Positions 1 to 13,500 of a stretch of 64,000 nucleotides of DNA are shown in pieces. The first letter of the stretch is position 1; each line of letters opens with the position of its first letter. A program made the translations under genes and the position numbers. The notes below the pieces were generated by a model that did not search any database, was not told the origin of the DNA, and saw only the letters and a program-made list of their open reading frames with translations. This DNA comes from Torpedo marmorata (lineage: Eukaryota), in the NCBI GenBank assembly GCA_977017645.1, contig OZ360238.1, positions 59,830,001 through 59,894,000 on the forward strand. The letters run 5' to 3'.

Positions 1-1691
1 TTCAGTCCAAAGTTACTGAAGTGTCAACATAGGGGCTCAAACCCTGGTGTGCAACTCTTACCTACAATCTTATAATCAAGTTGTGGGAGTAATAACAAAT
101 GCAGGAGAGTAAGAAAAGCAATATAAGCCAAAGTGCTTTTGAGACCTATTCAAAACTGACGTTAGCAAAGATCTGGGAAAAGAGCACCCTCACATATAAC
201 TGAAATAGAGCATTCACACACATGTACTGAAGTAGAGTGAAATGAATGTAGAAGGCCAAGTGACAGTAAACAAATCTACCAAATACCTGTAGCTACAAAT
301 TCAGTACTTTGGGAAAGACTGATTTATTCTCACAAAATTAGTAGATACATACTACTTTTGAAATACTTGAGCAAACTATTAGAAAGTGTTAATGTTACCA
401 ACCTCTTTTAGCCACAGACTATTGCAATATTTTATCAAATGAAAAATGGCTCCTGTTTCTGTCAAAAAACTAAACATAATACTTGTTAGACAATAGCATT
501 CTCTGGTTAGTTGTGTAAAGACAGGATATCATTACAGATTTATTTAGTAATAATGTGAATTACTTAATACAACATCCTCAGAGAAGCAGTGAGCAATGTG
601 GCTACTACATTAAACATCAGTATCTCATGGAATTATCTTAACTTTGCATTGAAAGGACATCACTGTTTTCCATCAGGTTAAGTCACAAAAAAATTGTTTC
701 CAAAATGTCCAAGGAAAATCTATAAAAGTTTTACAAAGCTCCAGATGCTAGGGTTTCCTTTAAAAGCACTTCTACATTAAATATGTGCCCTCATGTTCCC
801 TTCTTTTTCACAAGATAATTATTTGTAGCTTTTTATTTTTTGTCTTTGGTATTTCCCCAGATATTTAGAAAGCTAAAGAATTTTTTTTTGGTCTATCTGC
901 CAAAACTAGTTCCATCATTATTTTGTACTGGAAAAGATGATTAAAGCATGAGGTGCAGGCTAGTGCTTTAATCAGCACCAGGTTCCCATTCCAGATGGAA
1001 CACCCTGGGGCACTCATTACAACCATTAGTATACACGACAATTTTCAAATTTGTTCTTTCAATGCTGCAGTATGTGAGTTTGTTAAAAACTCACATAGAG
1101 TGCTGTTTTTGATTCATGACGTGCAATCTTAGAATGTGGGGTTTTTACACACATTAATGTTTGATCTTTGAGTCAGGCGTATGGCTTCTTTTTCTTAATC
1201 CATGTTGCAACATGAATTAAACATGTTTTGTAGTCTCAACATTTTTTCAAAATTAAGGATTCTTTTAGGTTCCTTTGGCTCATACTTAGTTGAGGGAACT
1301 GTATGGGGCAACACTGTTATGACCACTAGGGCAGGGGCAAGATTTACATGAGAGACAACCTCTCTCTTTTATCCTTGCATCTTCCTGGTAGGTGCCATTT
1401 TACGAAGCCCTGCAAATCTCTCACACCAGGTTTATAGTAAATTTGTCTGGTTGCTACAAACAAATTTCTCATCTATGAATGAAAATTATGAGCAATGTTC
1501 ATATGAATTTCTGATGGGTGCAGTGGACTGTATCCTTGGCATCACTGCAGATTTGTACATTTATCCCCCTTTCCTCCCCAAGTGCCAATCTGCCGAGGAG
1601 CCTCATTACATAAGAAATCAATGGAGCACAAGAACTGGGAAGTCATTTTGACATTGTTGTATGCCCACAAACATTAGCTTTTACTTCATTT

Positions 1692-1751
1692 AGTGTGTGT
1701 ATACATGTGTGTATGTGTGTGTGTGTATAAGTGTGTGTGTGTGTATATATA
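1692..1751. repeat. (GT/AT)n microsatellite
   Basis: Imperfect gtgtgt/tatata run seen directly. Confidence 0.9.
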
Positions 1752-1935
1752 CAGTGCCTTTCATAATGTTTGGGACAAAGAGACCTTTTCCCTTTATTTG
1801 CCCCTGTGCTCCACAGTTTTAAATTTGTAATCAAACAATTCACGTGATTAAACTGCACATTCCAGATTTTATTCAAGGTTATTTGTATACATTTTGGTTT
1901 GACCATGTAGAAATTACAGCATTTTTTATACATAG
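1752..1935 (+). mobile_element. Tc1-like DNA transposon terminal (TIR) fragment
   Basis: TA|CAGTGCCTTTCATAATGTTTGGGACAAAG start typical of Tc1 TIRs; reverse-complement copy at 54811-54983. Confidence 0.75.
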
Positions 1936-2094
1936 TTCCCTCAAAGAAAATACACTTCAGTGGATGGAGTCATATCATACACAAAGGAAGGTGATCGTGC
2001 GTAGAAATGAATCATTCTGTCCCCATTACAGATATTCATCAAGGTAGTGTCCCTGGCTCAACTATATTCATCAGCTTCATCAACGACATACATT

Positions 2095-2855
2095 GCATCA
2101 TGAGGAGTGGGAATGTTTGTCTATGACTTCCACAATGTTCAATTCCATTTACAACACCAACATGTCTGCATGAAGGAAAGCCTAAACAACATACAGGCTT
2201 AGGCCAATAGGTAGTAAGTAACATTCAAAGTGCCAGCCAATGACCATCCAAACAAGATTTTAACCTCTTCCCCTGATAATCTAATGGCATTACCTTCCCC
2301 ACTGTCATCATCATTGATCAGTTACTCAACTAGATCAGCTACAAAACGATGGATAAAAACGCAGGTTAAAACCTGGAGTGAGTGATTCTCCTCAAACCTT
2401 TTCTGCCATGTAGAGTGCACCATTCAGCAAGGTGTTGGAATACTCTCCATTTGCTTGGATTGGTGTAGTTCCAGGAAGTCTCAAGAAACTGGGAGCCATC
2501 CAGAACAATGTAACCTTCATCCTAAACATTTGCTCATTTTACCACTGACGCATAATGACTGCAGTGTGTACCATTTACAAAATACACCAAAGTTACCCAC
2601 TTAGGCCACACCACAACACTCCCAAACTCAGAGCTCCGCAACCATGAAGGACAAAGATTTTAGGACCAATGACTATCACGACATGCATATTACCATCCAA
2701 ACTTGGAAATAAATCACCATTCTTTTATTGATACTGGCTCGAAATCCCATCACTATGGGAGCACTTTCAATAGAAGGATCACCCAGCATCACCTTGTCCA
2801 GGGTACTACAAATCTGCAATAAATGTTGGGCTTGCAAGCAATACGCAGATCCCTA
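2095..2855 (+). mobile_element. Degenerate chondrichthyan LINE (CR1/L2-like) 3' fragment
   Basis: Decayed RT-region motifs (gtaacattc...gccaatgaccatc) and a 3' end gcaataaatgttgggcttgc typical of an old shark/ray LINE; the same 3' end recurs at ~38850-38925. Confidence 0.55.
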
Positions 2856-2877
2856 CAAAATAACTACTTGAATAAAA

Positions 2878-2946
2878 CTGCCGAGTTTCTCCAGCATTGT
2901 GTTTTTACTTCAATCACAGTGTCTGTAGACTATCGTGTTTCACACG
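2878..2946 (+). mobile_element. Short Penelope-like terminal-repeat fragment
   Basis: ctgccgagtttctccagcattgtgtttttacttcaa... shared with the Penelope copies below; flanked by a tgaataaaa direct repeat (2869-2877, 2947-2955). Confidence 0.7.
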
Positions 2947-3416
2947 TGAATAAAAGACGTCATCCAGTAAATAAAAAGTTATTCTTATTTTTGCTTTAAA
3001 TGTATTTATTGCTCATTTCAATTTATGTCTAATTGTTTTATTTTCTTGGTTTATTATTAAAGTTTTAAGCAAATAGTTAAAGTTACTGTATAAATATTAA
3101 CAAGGATCATCATACACATTTCCTTCATAAAATGCAAAGTTCAAACTTCTCCAGTATTTCCCACCAACTTAATCCCTTGGCACATAGAATCACATTGCTT
3201 TATGCTATACCTTCATCAATGCCTGTGGACCTTTTGTGGTAAGTTGCCTGAAACCTAGTACAATAAGCTAAGTATCATCTTATTGGTCAAACATTCATAT
3301 AACCTGTCTACTATAAAACATACTAGATTGCATATGAGATAGTTTTAATATTTCACATTAAATGTGGTGGATTTATTGTTATTTGCAATACTCTCACCTT
3401 CACAATTTATTACCTA

Positions 3417-4497
3417 CCGTATATTTCGGCGTATAAGTCGACCGGCGTATAAGTCGACCCCCCTTTTTCAGCCTCATTTTAATGGTTTTATGGTATATCC
3501 GGCATATAAGTCGACCCCAAAAATCGCGATGCCTGAGATGTTGCGCATTGACCGGCATATAAGTTGACCCCCAATTTTCAGGCTGTCTGGGCCTCCCAGC
3601 AACAACCCAAAATTTGTTACAACATCCCAATCGCCAAGTAACAAAACTGTAAATTAAGCAAGTACCGGTAAGTAAAAAAAACATTAAAAAAAAACCTTTG
3701 CTTCTGGCCGGGAAGATGCAGGTGTGGCGACGTCTTTCTCCCGAGCAGGAGCGGGGAGCTCGTTCTCCCGAGCAGTAGCGGGGAGCTCGTTCTCCAAGGC
3801 AGTAGCGGGGAGCTCGTTCTCCCAGGCAGGAGCGGGGAGCTCGTTCTCCCGAGCAGGAGCGGGGTGCTCGATCTCCCGAGCAGTAGCGGGGAGCTCGTTC
3901 TCCCGGGCAGGAGCGGGGAGCTCGTTCTCCCAGGCAGTAGCGGGGAGCTCGTTCTCCCAGGCAGGAGCGGGGAGCTCGTTCTCCCAAGCAGGAGCGGGGA
4001 GCTCGTTCTCCCGGGCAGGAGCGGGGAGCTCGTTCTCCCAGGCTGTAGCGGGGAGCTCGTTCTCCCGGGCAGTAGCGGGGAGCTCGTTCTCCCGGGCAGG
4101 AGCGGGGAGCTTGTTCTCCCGGGCAGGAGCGGGGAGCTCGTTCTCCCGGGCAGGAGCGGGGAGCTCGTTCTCCCAGGCAGGAGCGGGGAGCTCGTTCTCC
4201 CGGGTAGGAGCGGGGACCTCGGGCTCTACAATTGTAGAATGTCTGGGTGGTTTATGGCGGCGCCCGGCGGTGGGGAGGTGTCGGGGAGCGGCGGCGCCGT
4301 CAGTGGGGAGGCGCTTCCAGGGTCGACCTATACGCCGAATCGTGTTTTCAGGGGTCGACTTATACGCCGAATCGGCGTGAACTCGATTTTGAGCTGATTT
4401 TAAGGTCTCAAAAGTATATCCGGCGTATAAGTCGACCCCCGTTTTTTGAGACATTTCTGAGGGTTTCAAGGGTCGACTTATACGCCGAAATATACGG
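3417..4497. mobile_element. Non-autonomous pogo/Tc2-type (TcMar) MITE with internal minisatellite
   Basis: Perfect 27-bp TIRs CCGTATATTTCGGCGTATAAGTCGACC, TA duplications at 3415-3416 and 4498-4499, multiple subterminal GGCGTATAAGTCGACC motifs, CpG-rich. Confidence 0.9.
3737..4219. repeat. 27-bp GC-rich minisatellite, about 18 units
   Basis: Unit GGGGAGCTCGTTCTCCCGGGCAGGAGC in tandem with no spacers; explains the four overlapping repetitive ORFs. Confidence 0.95.
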
Positions 4498-4699
4498 TAA
4501 TTATATTACAATTTTTAAAAATTTAATTTCAATTGTCCACTTCAAATTTTGATCCAAAGGTCCCTGAAGACATATAGGCTATAGCTGCCCTCTATTGTTC
4601 TTAGAATTTTGGAACTGCTGGTAACTCCAAGTTATTTTAGTGAACAAAAATCAACAGGGATCCAAACACTGACCCTTGGTCAAAAGGTCAACTTTATGT

Positions 4700-4950
4700 T
4701 TAAGGGAAACATGAGGGGAAACTTCTTCACACAGAGAGTGGTGGGGGTGTGGAACGTGTTTCGAGCTGAAGTGGTGAATGCGGGCTCAATTTTAACGTTT
4801 AAGAGGAATTTGGACAGGTACATGGATGGGAGAGGTATGGAGGGCTATGGACTGGGTGCAGGTCAGTGGGACAAGGCAAAGAAAATGGTTCGGAATGGAC
4901 TAGAAGGGCCGAAGAGGCCTGTTTCTGTGCTGTAATGTTCTATGGTTCTA
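4700..4950 (+). mobile_element. CR1 (HER1-like) LINE 3' end
   Basis: Encodes RGNFFTQRVVGVWN...FKRNLDRYM, the CR1 ORF2 C-terminus; gttctatg tail. Confidence 0.9.
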
Positions 4951-5959
4951 TCCCTTGACAATTTTCTATTTTGTAAACAGTGCTTTCTATTAGATATTCA
5001 AATGACTATTGACCTAAGAGGAAGTCTTTCGTGAGGCACATGCCATGTAGCTTTCTGTCATTAAAGGTTATTTTATTCACTTTTGGTTTTGCCAGGTAGT
5101 ATCTTTTATCTCCAATTCATGTTTGCATTTTTAAAAATTAAGTCATTGCCACACAATTTCATTCTTGCTGAACTTCAACAATAGTTATTGACTTACTCAT
5201 GATCCTGACCAATGTTCTGGATTTTTTCACCTCCTATTTGCATCAGCACTCGTTGTTAATGCCAATTCACCCAGGGAACATATGAATCTCATGATTCTAT
5301 TAAGCAGTTTTATATTGCACTGCCTTCAATTTTCTCAAGACCATGAAAACTTTGGGATTTTACTTTCATCTAATTACTCATTTACAATGATAAAACTATC
5401 ATATTTTTAAAATATTCTGTTTCAGGGTCTTCTCTCTATTTCTGAGTTGTAGTGGAACATTTAGTATATCTTGTGTTCTCTACATATCTAGTGACCTTTT
5501 ACCACCACTGGTGTTCTATTTTTTTGTGGAGAATTCCTAAGGTTCTCAAGTGGTTTGGCTCCTACTTTTCCTCTGTATGTTCATCTAGTTTTTTTTTTAA
5601 TTCTCATTTTACTTTGTCAAAGATCCAGTGTTGGTCCATTAACTTCCTCTCATTTTCTACAGTACATAATTATCTTGCAATTTCAGCATGAAGGTTTGAA
5701 AAGTTATATTTTGCTTTACTGTGATGCTTAGTAATATTTGCTTGTCTAACTTGCACTTACTTAAAAGTTAGATTTTTAATTCTATACATGTAAAATTGAG
5801 AGGGTGCATTATATTTCAACTATAATTCTCACGTTTTATATTTTCTTACAGCATAGGAGCCCATAGGATTCAATGATCTACTGACTCTCATAACAATCCC
5901 ATCGGTCCAATTCTGCCCTTAGTTTTTCTGGAACCTATTCTCCCTCATATATCCATCAA

Positions 5960-6137
5960 CTCTTCCCAATTCTCCTGCCACACACCTACACTAGGAGTAA
6001 TAGCCAATGAAGCTGTCAATCAGGACATCTGAGAGACGTGAGAGGAAACTGGTGTGGCCAGGGAACATCCAAGTGGTCACATGTAGAATGTGCAAACTCC
6101 ACTCAGAAAGCACCAGAAGTCAAGATCGAACCTTGGT
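5960..6137 (-). mobile_element. Degenerate V-SINE
   Basis: Reverse V-domain-like gaggaaactgg...gtgcaaactccac...gatcgaacc (B box). Confidence 0.6.
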
Positions 6138-6140
6138 CTT

Positions 6141-8550
6141 GATAAGTTTTGATTGAAATCACCTACAAAGGGTCTGTCAATTCCAAATTTTAGATTTTAT
6201 TATTGGGTGGTCAATATACGTAATCTGCTCCTTTTGTTACATTTTGATAAATTAGTTGACTGCCCTTCTTGGGTAGAAATGAAATTGAATTTTTCTAAAA
6301 ATTCATCTATGTTGGCAGTTTTAGGGTCCTTTTTACCCTTTTCCTTCTCCAAATTGACAGACAATCCGATAATGAGGCATAGGCTGAGAATATGGGCACA
6401 ATTTCAAAAATCTTTTGTATTTCATAGTTTTTCTCATGCCAGTCCTATTATATCCAACCATCTTTTTCTACTTTCTTTGTCAGATACAGGTTTTAAGGAT
6501 TGGTATAGACTAGGTATTAAAAGTTTTAAAGATCTTTTTATTCGAGATCAATTTGCTTCTTTCGAACAATTGACGGCAAAATTTAAACTACCTAATAGTA
6601 ATTTTTTCAGATATTTACAAATCAGACATTTTGTTCAGTCCAAGCTCTCTGAATTTCCACGGATCTCTGAAACAAACATTCTTGATTTATTTTTTGACCT
6701 TCAACTCTCTCATAGAGGCTCAATATCAATTATTTATAATAATTTGATGGACTTGAGAATAGCTTCGCTAGTTAAGATCAAGAATGATTGGGAACTTGAT
6801 CTGAATTTATCACTTGCAGAGGAAGACTGGGACACTATTCTTAATCTGATTAATGAGTCCTCCTTCTGTGCACGACATAGTTTGTTGCAATTCAAAGTGG
6901 TGCACAGAGTACATATATCTAAAGTTAAATTATCTTGCTTTTATTCTGATTTTGATCCATTATGTGATAAGTGTAAATTTTTGAGGCTTCATTGATCCAT
7001 ATGTTTTGGGCTTGCCCTAGTTTAGAAAAATTTTGGAAAAACATTTTCCAAACTTTATCAGTGATTTTTAAGATCAAATTAGAACCATGCCCCTTAATTG
7101 CTTTATTTGCTTTTTCTCAAGAAGAGGAGATATTATTGACTTAATCTCAAAAGCGAATTTTAGCTTTTACCTCTTTGATAGCTGGACAGGCAATTTTGAT
7201 GAAATGGAAAGACAACACCCCACCTACTCACATTCAATGATTACATGTGTTACAAACTCAAATCAGCAACGACAGAAGACGCAATGCAAAAGGGGCAAAA
7301 TTGAAATTTATATTTATTAACGACAATTAAACATATAATTTCACAACAATCAACCCCACTATAAATGTCTATAAACACTATTCTTATCTAAAGAGTGTGT
7401 GTCTGTGTGTCTGTGTGTGTGTGTGTGTGTGTGTGTAAAGCCCAGACCATTACAGCCCGTGCCCAACCCTCATGTAAAAATGGAAAACCTTCCCCAAAAC
7501 CCCAGGTCAGTCATAAAAATAAGTCAGTCCCAAAAATACAGTCCACAAAAATCACTTGCTATGTTCAGGGTCCAAATTCAGCTCTGTACTCTGGCACGAA
7601 GGACTTCTTAATGAACATTGGAGAGAGAGACAATGACTGTTTAAGCTTACGAATACTTGGCCTGCTTTCCTTCCGATGACTTTCCCTTTTGGTAGGTACT
7701 CTCTGAGCACAGCCAGCCCTGGGCAAGTTAACTCTTTCAGTACCTGGTCCCAGTATGTACTCAAAAGACTTCATCTTTCCTGCTGACCGTCCACAGTCCA
7801 TATGGTCAGTCATGATCCATAACACATGATATCATGTCCTTCCTAAGTTTAGAAAAAATCAGATAATATTAAAAATGTTTAATTTTCATAAGATGTGGGG
7901 CCCATTCATGGATTACTATCACAATTTAAAGAATGAAGGTGTTTGGATGCTCCGGAGATGCCTTGTCTGGTTTCTGGATGTCATCATTCGATTCATATGT
8001 TTATTATTTATATAAGTTAACCTTGTTTTAAGGGAGGGGTTTGATTACAAGGAGGTTTTTTTTTCTCTTTTTTTTTTCTTTCTTTAGAGATTTATTAGAT
8101 GAATGCGAGTTTAATTAAGAATTGTAAACACTGATCATATTACTGAAGATAAAGTTAATATCTGAGAAGTATAAATTCCCATTTTGTTTTAAAAGGGAAT
8201 TTTATTTATAACTTACCTTACCTTAAAAGAAAGTATATTTTTGTCTTAGGTTTTTATTGGGTTTTTTTACTCTCCCCCTCATTGGGGGATTTTCCTTTTT
8301 TTTCTTTCTTCTTTTCTTATTCTCTTCAATATTGTCTCTGATATATTATGAAGAATATGTCAATTGTAAATTATATCCAATCCTAGATTTAATGTTTTGG
8401 ATAAGTTTGAGTTAAGAAACGAATTATGGCTATGTTTTCGATTTACAATTTATGTACATTATGTATATGTTAGGGTTATGCCATCTACTAGATTATTATG
8501 TGTATAGAATTCTTATTAAACTCAATAGAAATATTTTTAAAAGAAGAAAA
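6141..8550 (+). mobile_element. 5'-truncated L1-clade LINE (ORF2 C-terminus plus 3' UTR), interrupted by a solo LTR
   Basis: ORF 6153-6995 (GLSIPNFRFYYW...LLQFKVVHR...CDKC) continues through a frameshift as HMFWACPSL (CCHC) and resumes at 7825; A-rich end near 8545. Confidence 0.9.
7248..7824 (-). mobile_element. Solo LTR (internally deleted copy)
   Basis: TGTTA...TAACA termini, 4-bp TSD CATG, splits the L1 reading frame; homologous to 62468-63403. Confidence 0.88.
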
Positions 8551-9157
8551 ATCACTTACGATTACTTTATCTGTACATGCCCTTGTTATATAAAAAGTTA
8601 TCACAACCCTCCCGGAGGGGTTGTCATCATTCTAGCTGCTGGACAGCACTTAGTTCTACTTGCACCCAACTGCACTTCACTCAAGTTGTTGTGAATGTTT
8701 GACAACATGTGATAATTATCGTTTTCAGGCTATCTGAACCCGATTCCATTGTTGGCATTCAGAAATGTCACTTCCAGTTCTGACTGATAATTGTTCTGCA
8801 CTCCCTAACCTTGAGACACAGACTTGATTAGTCATGATCTGATTAACTGGCATGACCTACATCCCTCTCCTAAGTCTTATGTTCTTTGGCTTGAGGTAGA
8901 CGTACATTGGTACCTCAGTCTATAATCATGGTATATAATGGGTTTTTTGGCTTGCTTGAATAAACACATTTAGTGATGAAAGGAGTCACTTTATGTTCAA
9001 CCCAAACTTTGTCACCTTGGTCTTTGAATGGCATATCAAATTCAGCTTCATTTGTTTCAAACATTCCCTATTTTTCCAAATTATTCTGAACAATAACTAA
9101 AGTTTTGGATATTGAATGCACTCATAATTTATCTTGTGAGTCAGTCTATGTAATCTA

Positions 9158-9771
9158 AAAACTTCAAATTTCTGGGTGTCAACATCTCTGAAGATCTGTC
9201 CTGGGGCCTCCATGTTGATGCAATCACAAAGAAGGCTCACCAGTGGCTATACTTCGTGAGGAGTTTGAGGAGATTTGGTATGTCCCCAAAGACTCTTGCA
9301 AATTTCTACAGGCGTACCGTGGAGAGCATTCTGATTGGTTGTATCACTGTCTGGTATGGAGGTGCTAATGCACAGGACAGGAAAAGACTACAGAGAGCTG
9401 TGAACTCAGCCAGCACCATCATGGGCATCAGTCTTCACTCCATCGAGGACATCTACAAGAGGCGGTGTCTTAAGCAGCCTCTATCCTCAAGGACCCTCAC
9501 CACCCAGGCCATGCCCTCTTCACATTGCTACCATCAGGAAGGAGGTATTGGAGCCTGAAGACAAAGACCCAACGGTACAAAAACAACTTCTTTCCCTCTG
9601 CCATCAGATTTCTGAATGGACAATGAACCACAGACAGCACCTCACTTTCTCTTCTTTCGCAGTAATTTATTTATTTTTATAAAATGTAATTTATCGCAAT
9701 ATTTGCACCTGTAATGCTGCCGCAAAACAACAAATTTAGTGGTATGTTCATAACAATAAATTCTGATTCTG
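9158..9771 (+). mobile_element. Rex1/Babar LINE 3' fragment
   Basis: FKFLGVNISEDLSW...LRRFGMS...TVESIL.GCITVWYG motif; attctgattctga tail. Confidence 0.88.
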
Positions 9772-10361
9772 AATCCACAAAACCTTTTGTATTGGTGATA
9801 CCTTTCCCACAACAAGTGCATGAGCGTGAGCCATGAAAATTAAAAACTTTTATATATTTAATATATAATCACCTTAGTGTTTACAAGTGAATTTACAGCC
9901 TTTTCTTGTAATTTGAAAACAAAACTTAGCACCCTGTGTCTACTATTGCTATGAGCAAAATATTTCATTTTAAATGGTAACTTAAAGTAGAAATTCATTT
10001 TAATACTTGGTGGCAATTGTACACCATAATCACTGAGATAATCAATGGGTAGATTACGTTGTTTCCTGGACATTAGCAGTTATATTCTGGATGTTGTACA
10101 AGGGCGAATCTGATGTCACCCTTCAATTGTGTGCAGCTAGGCACATCAACAGCTTCATTGAGTTACAGACTAAATATAACGAGCTCAGAATGTTTAATTT
10201 TGTGCACAACTTGAACTTTGATATCTACAGCATCTGGCACATCCAGTAATTCACAGTATCATTCAGCAAAGAAAACATATTAACCAATTTACCCAGGCCA
10301 TTGCCAAGTTTAAGGTACACCATGTCAATGTCCACTGGTAGAACAAGCTCCTCATCAAAAT

Positions 10362-10502
10362 GTACCAGGGGTCTAGGTTAATGGGGTGTAAATTGGGCGG
10401 CACAGACTCGTAGGGCCGAAATGGCCTGCTACAGTGCTGTAAGTCTAAATTTAAATTTAAAATCTAAATTTAAAATTTAAATTTAAAATTTAAATTTAAA
10501 AA
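10362..10502 (+). mobile_element. V-SINE 3' half with (TAAATT)n tail
   Basis: Matches the 3' half of the SINEs at 19980 and 31909. Confidence 0.85.
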
Positions 10503-13500
10503 TCTATCATACATACATGGCTTTTTGTAAGGACACCATTTAAGAGGCTTCCTTGGCTGTGCTGCCGGAAACTTCCATCTGCACCAAGCCTGATTTTCTT
10601 TGTCTCTTCTCCAGGTTTGCAAATTTTATTCATTCCAATTTCTTTTAATCTCATAGTCTGCATGATTGAAATTTGCAATGTTTCATCGATTCAGCAGATA
10701 AAAACCTTGCAGCCAATGACAGTGATTTTCCCAAAGGCATTGAAAAATCAGTGTTTAATGAAAGAGCTAATACTCACTTTTTTGAGATGTTAGGATAGCA
10801 GCCATTCTATTCTCCGATTGGTCTGTTGACATATGAGCACTTTTACTGCTGATCAAAACTTTTCAGTCCTAAGCTAAATGTGCATGTCCTGTTTCCAGCA
10901 TCCACTGGCAGTGTCCAGGTAACAATATCATGATCCCTTCAGGGGCTGCGACATCTCTATCGATAGCCACTGCCACAGAATAATGTAATATTAAATTTGT
11001 GTTCATGCCTCTTAAGTGTGCATGTTTGGGACGTTAGCATGGAAAAGCATATTATCACATTAATGACAACAACCACCTTGCTTTTAAAAAAAAAATTAAC
11101 ATTCCAAATTTTTAAAAAAACAACTATTACTGTGTTGTTGAGCTTGAAAGGCCAAAAATCAGTCTTAAATGATCAATACCAGTTTTGGTAGCATCAGGTA
11201 CAATATGACTGATTTCAGGAATTGCATGGTTTGAGATTCCACTCACAACTGTGACCTCAGGAGTCTTTTGCTTAAAAGTGGATAGTGGGTGAAACAGAGG
11301 ACAGCATCAAGATTGTGTGGTCTTCTCACACCAGCAGCAGTTAGTCTTTGGTTCAAGTGAAGAATAGCTCCTTGGGTGGGGCATGTGGGTCGTGGTGTAC
11401 ATTTATGATTCCTGTTTAATGTATGCATTGCAGCAATGCTAAATTGACTTGGCAACCCTGGAATCATGCCCCATTTTATTTCAGGAGTGAAATGATGTTT
11501 GATTCCCTGGAGCCTGTTATTTCAGATTTCTTCAGTTTGACAGAACATGGAATGCAAATCCCATACTCTAACAAACCTACTTTTTAAAAGTATTCAGAAG
11601 GTATGTTGGCTACCTGGACACTTTGACTTTCTACCATGCACAATTTAAACGTTAACAGAATAAGGATTTCCCTATTCCTAGTTTCCAAAAGAATTAAATC
11701 TTTGACAGTTGAGAGATCACTGTTTCTCCACAAATTCTTTGTGAAACAGGACTGATGTGGATTTAGCCAAACAGAAAGCAAACAGTGTTGAAAGCATACT
11801 GTCAAACTGGAACAAGTTTGTCGATACACTCCACCGCAGTAGCAATATCATATCTCAACAAGAGAGGAGAAAGCAAATATGAAAACAGTAAAAACAAATC
11901 AAAGATCACTATTTAAGAATGTTAAGAACAGCAGCTTTGCACTTACGTTTGATAAATTCATTTTATTAAAATTCAAACAGGATCCTTTAAATGTCCTGAT
12001 TCAGGAAGGAGCAGTCGTATTATGCTGTTTAACAACTTATGTACTTCTCAACTCCTGTGATGCCACTCCTCAATATGACAGCAGTGAAGAAAAAGGTCTT
12101 CATACCTGCCTACCTAAAGAAGGTTCCTGTTAAATAATGAACACAGACAGCTCTGGGACCATACACCTGCACTGCCTGCCTTTTATTGCTTGAAAGGAGA
12201 GGCCACAGGGGATAGGCAGAAGGTGCATGTCTGACAGGGCCAGGACAGGCTTCCTCTGTGGTGACAGCCTGGGCCCTGCCTCCTAGGCCTGACCCACCAT
12301 AATTCCTTCACAATGCAGTGGCAATGCAGCTGACAGTAGCAGCTGCGCCTCCTAAGCGAGATGGATGGAATTTTCATAACTATTTCCCCAAGTTACATTT
12401 CACCTTCAAGATAATTTATGAGCTGCTCGGGAGCCTTGAAGAGACAATATGCTTGCCATAAAATTAACTGTAATAGTCTTGTAGGTTATAATTAACAATG
12501 GGAGGGTAGCACCAACTGGATGAAACACATGGTATAATTGATGATGAAACTGGGAAATTAAGGAAGCTAACACTATCATTACTGCACACGTCACTCCAGT
12601 AAAGCTTAAACCTTCAGAGTGTTAATTACAGCCCCCCGCACCCTGATATGGGTATGAGCTTCTGAGCTGGGAGGAGACACTTTATTGGCAAGGCCACCTT
12701 GCACCTGGGCTGACGTACGTTGCATTTTCTGCCTGGAAGAGAAATATGAGTCTAACCAACACGATCTCCTGAACATCTGTCAACAAGCCCGACATTATTT
12801 CCAAATACCTGTATGCGGCTCCTAAGGTGCTTTGTAAGCCAGCTAGACTTGTCCATTCAGGGTTTAGAGCCTTACTTTGCCTTTCAGTGAGCCAATAGCA
12901 ATTTAACTTAATAAAAAATCTCATTAGTAATGAACGAGGAACAACTGTTCTTTTTTTCTAAGCTGCTTTCATTAGGCTTCTCTACACAATTAATTTTAGC
13001 AAAGCAGACAGAAGCTCTTTTCACCTCTACACTAACACTTCTAATTCTTTTCTATAAACTCCCAGCTTTCTGAATCTCAGGCCTTCACTTAATCATTTTC
13101 AGTAGCCTGCCGATTTATCGCTTTGGTTTACTCTTGTGAATTCCAAAAAAAATTACAGCTTAGTTTTATAAAAATCTGCTCCATTGTCCTTCACAATTAC
13201 ACATATCACTGTGAATAATGAAGAAAGTATCTTTTTTGTCCTTGAAAAGGAGGAGGTGTAAGGATTCAAAAGGAGGAGACAACAAGAGGAAAATGTTCTA
13301 GAGGAATCAAACAACAACTGGTGGCTGTTAAAATGTAGCATTTAATCAAACAGTGTTTCTATTGTCTGTAGGAACTATTCAGCATCGTCCCGATTTATTT
13401 CAGAGCCAGAAGACAAAAGTGACACAGGTGAAGGACAGAGCAGAGGTAGAGAAGCACAAAGGGTCATGGCAGACAAAGGGAATCCAGTATAACTTAAAAT

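Noticed and set aside
3737-4219. CRISPR-like array of palindromic 27-bp repeats
   Set aside because: Units are directly tandem with no unique spacers, there are no cas genes, and the context is a vertebrate intron inside a MITE.
3400-4469. Four long repetitive ORFs (177-261 aa)
   Set aside because: By-product of a stop-poor 27-bp minisatellite; no coding evidence.
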